The position numbers were made by a program, and so were the translations under genes. From an uncultured candidate division Zixibacteria bacterium (lineage in GTDB: Bacteria; Zixibacteria; MSB-5A5; GN15; FEB-12), in NCBI GenBank assembly GCA_963806185.1, contig CAWDXE010000005.1, positions 192,001 to 256,000 on the forward strand: DNA of 64,000 nucleotides, in the 5' to 3' direction. Below the pieces are notes generated by a model, which did no database searches, was not told the DNA's origin, and was given only the letters and a program-made list of their open reading frames with translations. Position 1 is the stretch's first letter. Each line of letters begins with the position of its first letter. Shown here piece after piece: positions 29,944-38,211 of the stretch.

Positions 29944-31455
29944 ATGGTCACCACCGGACCGAAAGTGTGGAGCGTGTTCGCTCTGGCACTCACTGCTGTC
30001 GCTGCCATCACCCTCTCGTGTTCCAGTTCGGGTTCGGGAGGCGTTGATCAGGACGACGACTCCTACCCCTCGTCAATCGTCGATCTTCGCGTTAACGCCG
30101 TGACGGTGAACTCGGCAAGTCTGCGTTGGACTGCCCCGGGTGCCGACAGCACTTCCGGTCGAGCTGCCCTGTATGATATTCGGATTTCCGATCACGAGAT
30201 CACCTGGCAGAACTGGGATTCGGCGACCGCGTTGACGGGTGAGCCGACACCAAGCCCGGCTGGATCGACTGATTCGATGATCGTCACGGGCCTGCTGACC
30301 GATTCGACCTACTGTTTCGCTATCAAGTCCAAGAACAGCGGCGGGCGCTGGTCCTGGCTGTCCAATTGTGTCGAGGTCACGTGCTTCGACAATTACGAGG
30401 TTACCTTTCCGGATGTTCGGCTGGGCGCAGTTATCCGACACACGCTCAGCAAACCGACGGGCTCCATCTACCGTCTGGACCTGTTGGGCGTACAGTCGAT
30501 CATTGCCAACAACGACTCGATCGCGGACTTGACCGGGCTGGAGCATTGCCCTAACCTTCAGAGTATTCTGCTATATCAGAACAAAGTCGGCAACCTTGCG
30601 CCACTGGCCGGACTCACTAACCTTCGGCAGATTCAAATGGGCAAGAATCAGATTTCTGATATTACTCCCTTGGCTGAGTTGGTGAATCTGGAGCAAGTCA
30701 TTCTGAACGAGAACCAGATTACCGATATCAGCGCGCTGACTGATCTGACCAAACTGGCCGACATCAATCTCGCCACGAATAATATCACCAGCGTCGCCGG
30801 TTTGGCGGGCAAGCCGGGCATGACCATGCTGATACTGTCATCAAACAACATTGCCGATCTCAGCCCGTTGGCCGGTCTCACGAATGTCACCTACCTGGAT
30901 CTTGCCGACAACGAAATCGTTTCGGTGGTCGCCTTGAGCGGCCTGACCAAAGTCACGGCGCTCAACCTCTATCACAACAAGATTGTCGATATCACTCCGT
31001 TGACCGGCCTGATCGACCTGGATATGCTCAGCCTCTGGAGCAACCAGATTACCGACATCTCTGCCTTGGCGGGACTCACCAAATTGCGCACCCTCTACCT
31101 GATCAGCAATCAGGTAACCAGTGTCGCCGGATTGGCGAATCTGACCATGCTTCAGTGGCTCTACCTGTCCCAGAATCCGATTACGGACGTGAGTCCGCTG
31201 GCCAATCTGACAGCGCTCAAGGATCTACAGTTACAATACTGTCAGGTGGTCGACCTCACCCCGCTTCAGAATCTGGTCAATCTTGAGAAGCTGGTGCTCA
31301 ATTACAATCTGGTAGTTGATATCGCTCCGCTCGTGGCAAACAGTGGCTTGGGAGACGGCGATATACTCTACCTCACCGGCAATCCCTTGTCGGATCTGTC
31401 ACGCTATACGCACGTGCCGGCACTTCAGGCCAGAGGAGTGTCCGTCACGCTGTAA
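29944..31455 (+). CDS. Lipoprotein with FN3 domain and internalin-type leucine-rich repeats
   Basis: SD AAGGAG; lipobox ITLSC; LRWTAPG...YDIR...YCFAIKS (FN3); FPD cap; tandem 22-aa LxxLxLxxNxIxDIxPLxxL repeats. Confidence 0.9.
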   Translation: MVTTGPKVWSVFALALTAVAAITLSCSSSGSGGVDQDDDSYPSSIVDLRVNAVTVNSASLRWTAPGADSTSGRAALYDIRISDHEITWQNWDSATALTGEPTPSPAGSTDSMIVTGLLTDSTYCFAIKSKNSGGRWSWLSNCVEVTCFDNYEVTFPDVRLGAVIRHTLSKPTGSIYRLDLLGVQSIIANNDSIADLTGLEHCPNLQSILLYQNKVGNLAPLAGLTNLRQIQMGKNQISDITPLAELVNLEQVILNENQITDISALTDLTKLADINLATNNITSVAGLAGKPGMTMLILSSNNIADLSPLAGLTNVTYLDLADNEIVSVVALSGLTKVTALNLYHNKIVDITPLTGLIDLDMLSLWSNQITDISALAGLTKLRTLYLISNQVTSVAGLANLTMLQWLYLSQNPITDVSPLANLTALKDLQLQYCQVVDLTPLQNLVNLEKLVLNYNLVVDIAPLVANSGLGDGDILYLTGNPLSDLSRYTHVPALQARGVSVTL

Positions 31456-31574
31456 AGAACCACGCCATAGTCTGGTTTTTCCTTTTCCCTTGCCGTCGGA
31501 ACGCTCGTGTTCTATGATACGCCCAACGCAGATAATTGGGTCTACATGACCGTTTTCGATTGGGAGTATCTATC

Positions 31575-32183
31575 GTGGCTGAAAAGACATTGGCATCGAT
31601 TACGCAGATTGCCGACACCACCGCCAATCCGGCACCATTGGGGCTGCTTGGATTTGGCATGACCACAGTCCTGCTCAATTTCCACAATGCCGGTTTTTAT
31701 GAACTGAACACCATGATTCTCGCCATGGGGATATTCTACGGCGGAGTGGCACAGGTCATCGCCGGGGCAATGGAGTGGAAGAAAAAGAATACCTTTGGCA
31801 CCGTCGCCTTCACGTCGTACGGTCTCTTTTGGCTGACGTTGGTAGCACTTTTAGTGATGCCGAAAATGGGGTGGGGGGATGCGGCCTCCAAGCCCGCGAT
31901 GGCCGCCTATCTATTTATGTGGGGCCTGTTCACCGGTTGCATGTTCATTGGCACGTTGAGATTGAATCGCGCGCTGCAGTTCGTGTTTGCCTCGCTGACT
32001 GTCCTCTTCTGGCTGCTGGCGCTGGGCGATATCACCGGAAATGCTGCCATCACCGTAATCGCCGGATATGAAGGGATTATTTGCGGGTTGTCGGCCATGT
32101 ACGCGGCCATCGCACAGGTCCTGAATGAAGTCTACGGGAAAACAGTGCTCTCACTGGGGCCGGTTGCATCGTCCTCTCATTGA
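31575..32183 (+). CDS. satP: Acetate/succinate uptake transporter (GPR1/FUN34/YaaH family)
   Basis: [11 protein letters not shown] signature, [24 protein letters not shown] start after GGGAG. Confidence 0.92.
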   Translation: MAEKTLASITQIADTTANPAPLGLLGFGMTTVLLNFHNAGFYELNTMILAMGIFYGGVAQVIAGAMEWKKKNTFGTVAFTSYGLFWLTLVALLVMPKMGWGDAASKPAMAAYLFMWGLFTGCMFIGTLRLNRALQFVFASLTVLFWLLALGDITGNAAITVIAGYEGIICGLSAMYAAIAQVLNEVYGKTVLSLGPVASSSH

Positions 32184-32194
32184 TTATTCGCTTA

Positions 32195-32220
32195 CTGACG
32201 GGGAGGCACCTCCCCGTCAG
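32195..32220. terminator. Hairpin between convergent satP and DinB-like genes
   Basis: CTGACGGGGAGG-CA-CCTCCCCGTCAG perfect inverted repeat. Confidence 0.6.
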
Positions 32221-32696
32221 TCGAACTCGTTTTCCGGCTTGGCTGGAGTCTGCTCAAACCCAACTCGCCCGATAGCAATCTGAGCACGGGCGTAACTCTC
32301 CCCCTTCATGGGCGAGCCGTGGAGTCGGCGAAGCATGGCCAGCTGACCGGTGTGCGTGAGCGCATCAGCAATCGGCCCGGCGAAGCATTTAGCCAGATCG
32401 CCGCGAATCGGCCTATCGGAGGCGAGATAATCATCAAACTGTTTCAGGGAAGCGAAAAAGCGGTCGCGCTCGGCTTCCCAGCTTGTCGGCTCGCTGGTGT
32501 GCCACTTCCATTCCCCCTCAAGCATGGTCACTCCCCAGTCGAATAGGTCACCCAGGTGGGCTACAATCTTCAACGGCGGGTTGGCAATTCCGGCCGCCCG
32601 AAACGAGGCAAACGACTCCGGGACACCGCGCATCGCCTTAGCCGCCCGATACGCAAGAGTGGCCACCGTGTAACGGACAAATTCGCGATCGGTCAT
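32217..32696 (-). CDS. DinB/YfiT-like metal-binding protein
   Basis: IVAHLGDL, DALTHTGQLAMLRRLHG. Confidence 0.75.
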   Translation of the reverse strand: MTDREFVRYTVATLAYRAAKAMRGVPESFASFRAAGIANPPLKIVAHLGDLFDWGVTMLEGEWKWHTSEPTSWEAERDRFFASLKQFDDYLASDRPIRGDLAKCFAGPIADALTHTGQLAMLRRLHGSPMKGESYARAQIAIGRVGFEQTPAKPENEFD

Positions 32697-32916
32697 TGCT
32701 TGATTCTTCCTTCCCGTCGTTTGAATTTCAATTTCATCACGAAAAATGTGCTCGCGACAATAAATGTCAATCACGTATTAATGGGTATTGAGGGCGCCCG
32801 TTCAGGCATGGCTATCCTGCTGTCTGTCGCCGGTTTACGCGGCCCGCAAAAAGTCGCCCCTTTGGTCGGCAAATCATTTACCTTTACCGCTGTCAATATT
32901 TTAGATAAGGCCGACT

Positions 32917-35598
32917 ATGCATAGACTTGACCGCTTTTTTGACCCTCACCGCATCGCCCTGATCGGCGTTACCGTCAACCCCAATTCGGTGGGCGGCAAG
33001 GTGCTTTCCAACCTCGTATCCGGCGGGTACCGGGGTGTGGTCTACCCGGTCAACCCGGACAGTGAAGCGGTAATGGGCATTCCGTGCTACGCCAGTGTGG
33101 GAGTTCTGCCCAAACAACCCGACCTTGCGGTTATATGCACAGGCGCTGACAAGGTGCCCGATCTGGTTCGCCAATGCGGTGACGCGGGCATTCGCGCAGT
33201 CATTATCCTTTCCGCCGGTTTCCGAGAAACCGGAGCCGAGGGTCGCGCGCTCGAGCAGCAGGTGGAGAGCTATCGTCGCAGTTTTTCCGGCATGCGGATT
33301 ATCGGGCCGAACTGTCTGGGGATCATCGTGCCAGGCAAAAACCTGAATATCAGTTTTGCCGGCGCCATGCCCAAGGCCGGGCAAGTGGCATTTATTTCAC
33401 AGTCCGGCGCCTTGTGCACGTCGGTGCTCGACTGGGCCATTGAGGGGCAAATCGGTTTCTCCAATTTTGTGTCCATTGGTAACGCGCTCGATGTCGATTT
33501 CGGTGATCTGATCGACTATTTCAGTGTCGACGATAACACCCGCTCGATGATCCTCTATATCGAGTCCATTACGCGCGCCCGCCGTTTTATGACCGCCGCA
33601 CGGGCCTGTGCTCGAGTGAAACCGATCCTGGCGTTCAAGGCCGGACGGTTTCCCGAATCGGCACAGGCGGCGGCTTCACATACCGGAGCGCTGGCGGCCG
33701 AGGACGCCGTCTATGACGCGGTATTCCAGCGGATTGGTCTGGCGCGGGTCAACGATATCGGCGACATCTTTGATTGTGTGGAGCTGATCGGACGCAACAA
33801 GATTCCGCAGGGGCCGAATCTTGGCATTGTCACCAATGCCGGCGGGCCGGGTGTTATCGCCACCGACGCCCTCATAGCTGCCAACGGCACCCTGGCCAAA
33901 TTATCCGAGACCACGATGGCGCAGCTCAACGAAGCTCTCCCCTCCGCCTGGTCGCACAGCAATCCGGTCGACGTCCTGGGGGATGCAACGTCGAAACGCC
34001 TTGAGAAGGCGGCCCAACTGGTGCTGGCCGACCCTGCGGTCGACGCCCTCCTGGTCATATTGACACCGCAGGCGATGACCAATGTACCGGCGGCCGCCAA
34101 GGTCGTCGGCAAGCTCGTCAAGGAGACGGCCAAGCCGGTCCTGGCCGCTTGGCTGGGAGGGGTGGCAATGAAGGAAGGCGTGCAGGTGCTGATCGAGAAC
34201 GGGGTGGCCACCTACCAGACGCCGGAGCAGGCCGTGCGTGCCTTCATGACGCTCGTGAATTACGGCCGCAATCTTCTCACTCTCTATGAGACACCGAAAG
34301 ACATTCCGGTTGAATTCGAACTTGATCGTGAATCCCTGCGCAAAATGCTCGTGCTTCGCTATTTCTCCGAAGACGGCCTGCTTGCGGAAGATGTGTCGAA
34401 AGAGTTGATCGAGAATTACGGCATCCCGGTCACCCGACCGTTCGCGGCAACCACGTCCGACGACGCCGTACGCGTCGCCAATGACATCGGTTACCCGGTG
34501 GTCATGAAAATCCATTCCCCGGAAATCACGCACAAAACCGACGTCGGAGGCGTGATTCTCGGACTTGAAAATGACACCATGCTGCGGGGGGCATTTGACC
34601 GGATGATGCAGACGGTGCGCGAACGCGCGCCGCAGGCACAGATTACGGGGGTGACGATTCAGCCGATGGTGTCGGCGCGCGATGGAATCGAACTGATTCT
34701 CGGCATTAAACGCGACGCCACCTTTGGGACGGTCATGATGGTCGGCATGGGCGGTATTGCGGCGGAACTGCTCCGCGACCGGGCGCTGGGGTTCCCTCCG
34801 CTAAACGAACGGCTGGCGCGACGGATGCTGGAGCAGTTGAGAATCTGGCCCCTTCTGCAAGGGTATCGCGGACGGCCGGGAGCCGATGTCAACCGCCTGA
34901 TCGAGATCCTGATGCGCCTGTCATATCTGGCGGCGGATTACCCGGAGATCGTCGAGCTGGACATCAATCCGTTACTTGTAACGCCACGTGATATTGTGGC
35001 GCTCGACGCTCGCATCATCGTCGATCGCCAACCGGCCGACAAGGGATTGGACCCGTATTCCCATCTGGCGCTTCGCCCATACCCCGAAAAATACGTCAAA
35101 CAGGTGAAGCTCAAAACGGGTGTAGCAGCCACCCTCCGGCCGATCAAGCCGGAAGATGAACCCCTCTGGCTCGACCTGCTGGCCAGTTGCTCCAAGGAAT
35201 CCATCTATTCGCGATTCCGCTACGCGTTCCACTGGCGATCACATGAAGTCGCGACCCGGTTCTGCTATATCGATTACGACCGCGAAATCGCCATCGTCGC
35301 GGAGATTGTCGAAGAGGGCAAACGTAAGTTCATCGGCGTCGGGCGACTCATCGCCGATCCGGATCACGAAGAGGTCGAGTACGCCGTATTGGTCGCCGAT
35401 GCCTGGCAAAAGCAGGAGGTCGGTACCATACTCACCGACTATTGCGTCGAGATTGCCCATCGCTGGAATCTCAAGCGGGTGGTCGCCCAGACGACTACCG
35501 ACAACAGGGCAATGATATCGGTGTTCGAGAAGCGTGGCTTTGTGGTCACCTATTCCTCAACGGATTCGACGGTCGAGTGTGTGAAGGCACTGCCGTAA
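32917..35598 (+). CDS. pat: Bifunctional acyl-CoA ligase (ADP-forming)-like and GNAT protein acetyltransferase
   Basis: YPVNP, IGPNCLG, SQSGAL, AASHTGALA, TNAGGPG, NPVD, HKTDVGGV, ELDINPL; C-terminal LRPIKPEDE...IDYDREIA GNAT. Confidence 0.92.
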   Translation: MHRLDRFFDPHRIALIGVTVNPNSVGGKVLSNLVSGGYRGVVYPVNPDSEAVMGIPCYASVGVLPKQPDLAVICTGADKVPDLVRQCGDAGIRAVIILSAGFRETGAEGRALEQQVESYRRSFSGMRIIGPNCLGIIVPGKNLNISFAGAMPKAGQVAFISQSGALCTSVLDWAIEGQIGFSNFVSIGNALDVDFGDLIDYFSVDDNTRSMILYIESITRARRFMTAARACARVKPILAFKAGRFPESAQAAASHTGALAAEDAVYDAVFQRIGLARVNDIGDIFDCVELIGRNKIPQGPNLGIVTNAGGPGVIATDALIAANGTLAKLSETTMAQLNEALPSAWSHSNPVDVLGDATSKRLEKAAQLVLADPAVDALLVILTPQAMTNVPAAAKVVGKLVKETAKPVLAAWLGGVAMKEGVQVLIENGVATYQTPEQAVRAFMTLVNYGRNLLTLYETPKDIPVEFELDRESLRKMLVLRYFSEDGLLAEDVSKELIENYGIPVTRPFAATTSDDAVRVANDIGYPVVMKIHSPEITHKTDVGGVILGLENDTMLRGAFDRMMQTVRERAPQAQITGVTIQPMVSARDGIELILGIKRDATFGTVMMVGMGGIAAELLRDRALGFPPLNERLARRMLEQLRIWPLLQGYRGRPGADVNRLIEILMRLSYLAADYPEIVELDINPLLVTPRDIVALDARIIVDRQPADKGLDPYSHLALRPYPEKYVKQVKLKTGVAATLRPIKPEDEPLWLDLLASCSKESIYSRFRYAFHWRSHEVATRFCYIDYDREIAIVAEIVEEGKRKFIGVGRLIADPDHEEVEYAVLVADAWQKQEVGTILTDYCVEIAHRWNLKRVVAQTTTDNRAMISVFEKRGFVVTYSSTDSTVECVKALP

Positions 35599-35689
35599 CG
35601 CGACTTACCGAAGCCGGGAAGATGCCCTGTCCGTTGTGTGGCGCCATGCGCCGGACTGTCGACGACATCGCCGCATCATCATTTCCCGC

Positions 35690-35718
35690 TTGACATCGCC
35701 GACTTGCGAATCTATGAA
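35690..35718 (+). promoter_or_regulatory. Putative sigma70 promoter of the radical SAM gene
   Basis: TTGACA-N17-TATGAA. Confidence 0.5.
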
Positions 35719-35823
35719 TACGGAAGTCGACCGCCCGTTCGGCACACATCTTGCCGGTCGACTCTGAGCACATCCGTTACTACGAGACAGTTGAACCGCA
35801 TCCTTCCCCTTCGGGAGTGAATT

Positions 35824-37056
35824 ATGTCTACCGCTACGATCGACCATCGTTCGCTGTATCGGCTCCCCTGGTCGCTTCCGGACAATGCCATATGCTGGCT
35901 GGAACCAACCAGCCTGTGCAATTTGCACTGCGATGGCTGCTACCGGGAAAGCGACGAAGGACACAAACCGCTCTCTGCCGTGCTCCGCGAGTTGGATATC
36001 TTTCAGAATCTGCGAACAACCGATTGCATCTCCATCGCGGGCGGCGACCCGCTCATCTATCCGGACATCATCCCGCTCGTGGCCGAGATAAAGCGGCGCG
36101 GCATCAAGCCAATTCTCAATACGAATGGCGTGGCCCTCACGCCTGAGCTGCTGCGGGAATTGAAGACGGCGGGATTGTTCGGCATCACGTTCCACGTCGA
36201 CGGCAATCAGGGTCGGTCGGGCCATTGGCTCGGGAAGAACGAGATCGAACTGAATGAATTGCGCCTGAAGTACGCCGAGATGGTCGCGTCAGCAGGTGGC
36301 GTCGCGTGCGGCTTTAATGCCACCGTTTACGATGAAAACAAACACCATCTCCCCGGAATGCTTCAGTGGGCGCGCGAGCATATCGATATCGTGCAGACGA
36401 TGGTATTCATCTGCTTCCGGAACATTGCCCCTGACAACACGTTTGAATGGCTCGCGGGCGGCAGAAGGATCGATTTTCAGTCGCTCTGGTATCACTCTCA
36501 GGAAAAGCGCCGTATCGACATCGGCTCGAAGGAATGCACGGCCCTGGCGCGCGAGCATGATCCGAACTTTGCCCCGGCGGCCTATTTGAACGGTACCGAA
36601 GATCCAACGGCACTAAAATGGCTTCTGTCGGCCCGGATCGGCACTCGCAAGCGAACATACGGGTATGTGGGGCCTAAATTCATCGAACTGCTCATGGGCA
36701 GCTATCATTTCACCAACGGGAAGTATCTCTCCTACGCGTCGCGGTCAGCAACTCGCCAGGGGCGCGCGGCGATCCTGCTGCTATGGCCGTTTGACCGCGG
36801 CATGCGCCGTATTACCAAAGCCTATTTCGGAGCTGTAGCGCGCAACCCCCTCCGGATTTTCCAGCGGGCGCACGTACAGACGATCATGTTCATTCAGCCG
36901 GTCGATTGCATGGTCGACGGCCGGCAGAGCATGTGCGATTCGTGTCCTGATCTGACCGTGTGGGAAGACCGGCTGGTTTGGTCCTGCCGATTGGAGGAGA
37001 TGAAGCGATTCGGTACGTTTCTACAGACCGTGCCGAGATCCGAAAAACCCGTATGA
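35824..37056 (+). CDS. Radical SAM protein
   Basis: CNLHCDGCY (CxxxCxxC), AGGDPL, NTNG; C-terminal MCDSCPD...SC. Confidence 0.88.
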   Translation: MSTATIDHRSLYRLPWSLPDNAICWLEPTSLCNLHCDGCYRESDEGHKPLSAVLRELDIFQNLRTTDCISIAGGDPLIYPDIIPLVAEIKRRGIKPILNTNGVALTPELLRELKTAGLFGITFHVDGNQGRSGHWLGKNEIELNELRLKYAEMVASAGGVACGFNATVYDENKHHLPGMLQWAREHIDIVQTMVFICFRNIAPDNTFEWLAGGRRIDFQSLWYHSQEKRRIDIGSKECTALAREHDPNFAPAAYLNGTEDPTALKWLLSARIGTRKRTYGYVGPKFIELLMGSYHFTNGKYLSYASRSATRQGRAAILLLWPFDRGMRRITKAYFGAVARNPLRIFQRAHVQTIMFIQPVDCMVDGRQSMCDSCPDLTVWEDRLVWSCRLEEMKRFGTFLQTVPRSEKPV

Positions 37057-37077
37057 CTGCCTTGGGCATGCGCGGAA

Positions 37078-37524
37078 TTACGTCGATTCCTCCGCCAGCC
37101 GCTTGAGTGTCACCGTCAGGTTGCGCGCTTCCTTAAGGGTGATCTGCGAGGCGAAGTATTTCTCTATGGCCGCGGCGTAGGCCGGCCAGGACTTGCGAAG
37201 TGTTTCGAATCCCTGATCCGTGAGCACGGCGTTCCAGCCACGTCGGTCGCTGGGGCACCGCTCACGACGTACCAGCCCGGCCTTCTCCAGCTTGTCCAGA
37301 TGACGGGTCAGCCCGCTCCGGCTCAGCACGATAGCGTCAGCCAGCTCATGCATTCGCAAACGACGTCCGGGGGCGCGGCTCAACTCCAGAACGACGTCGT
37401 ACCAGTCGACCGGGATGAACCCGGCCGCCGTGACTTCGGCATCTATCTTCTTGATCAACCGACCGTTAGCGGTAATCAACCAACGCCAGGCGTCGATCTT
37501 AATCGGATCTATCAGGACTTTCAT
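37078..37524 (-). CDS. MarR-family transcriptional regulator
   Basis: LRMHELA...LSRSGLTRHLDKLEKAGLV, SDRRG, LTDQG. Confidence 0.9.
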   Translation of the reverse strand: MKVLIDPIKIDAWRWLITANGRLIKKIDAEVTAAGFIPVDWYDVVLELSRAPGRRLRMHELADAIVLSRSGLTRHLDKLEKAGLVRRERCPSDRRGWNAVLTDQGFETLRKSWPAYAAAIEKYFASQITLKEARNLTVTLKRLAEEST

Positions 37525-37544
37525 GAGACTATTTTACACCGAAA

Positions 37545-37590
37545 TGATTGCAAATGCAACTTTTATTTAGAATAGTTGTTACTGCAACTA
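37545..37590. promoter_or_regulatory. Two palindromic operator candidates for the MarR protein
   Basis: TAGTTG-N6-CAACTA (37573-37590, perfect) and TGATTG-N6-CAACTT (37545-37562). Confidence 0.6.
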
Positions 37591-37643
37591 ACGTAAGTAT
37601 AGATTTCTAATCCGGGCCGTCAGCGGCCACAACTGGAGGATGT

Positions 37644-38144
37644 ATGTTTCGACGATTGTTGGCAACCAACAGCGATACAGCGCAGTTGATCCTGCGCCTG
37701 GTTCTGGGATTGGTGATTCTGCCCCACGGCATGCAGAAAATGTTCGGCGCGTTCGGCGGCTACGGATTTTCCAACACCATGGACTACTTCACCAACCAGG
37801 CCGGCATCCCGGCCCTCTTTGCTTTTCTCGCCATCACGGCGGAGTTCTTCGGCGCACTCGGTCTGATTACCGGACTGTTGTCGCGCATAGCCGCATTCGG
37901 CATCAGTGTGGTGATGGTGGTGGCGACCTTGACCGTCCATTGGTCGAATGGCTTTTTCATGAACTGGAACGGCAACCAGCCGGGTGAGGGGTTTGAGTAT
38001 CATCTCCTGGCGGTCGGACTGGCTCTGGCCGTGATGATCAACGGCGGCGGGAAGTGGTCGCTGGATGGGTTGATAGCCCGAAAGATTGCGGCGGGACGCG
38101 GAGTGCGGGTCGCGACCTCACCTCATATTGCCGCCGTCAAGTGA
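37644..38144 (+). CDS. DoxX-family membrane protein
   Basis: LRLVLG...HGMQK, EFFG, GFEYHLL, GGGKWSLD; SD GGAGG. Confidence 0.9.
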   Translation: MFRRLLATNSDTAQLILRLVLGLVILPHGMQKMFGAFGGYGFSNTMDYFTNQAGIPALFAFLAITAEFFGALGLITGLLSRIAAFGISVVMVVATLTVHWSNGFFMNWNGNQPGEGFEYHLLAVGLALAVMINGGGKWSLDGLIARKIAAGRGVRVATSPHIAAVK

Positions 38145-38181
38145 ATATGGCGGAAGAACACGTCACGTGATGATGATAGTG

Positions 38182-38211
38182 CGGCGGGAGATCGTCCCGC
38201 CGTTTCTTTTT
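38182..38211 (+). terminator. Rho-independent terminator
   Basis: CGGCGGGA-GATCG-TCCCGCCG then TTTCTTTTT. Confidence 0.8.

Noticed and set aside
30500..31330. Periodic 66-nt pattern as CRISPR or tandem DNA repeat
   Set aside because: It is the coding LRR array; no identical repeats with unique spacers
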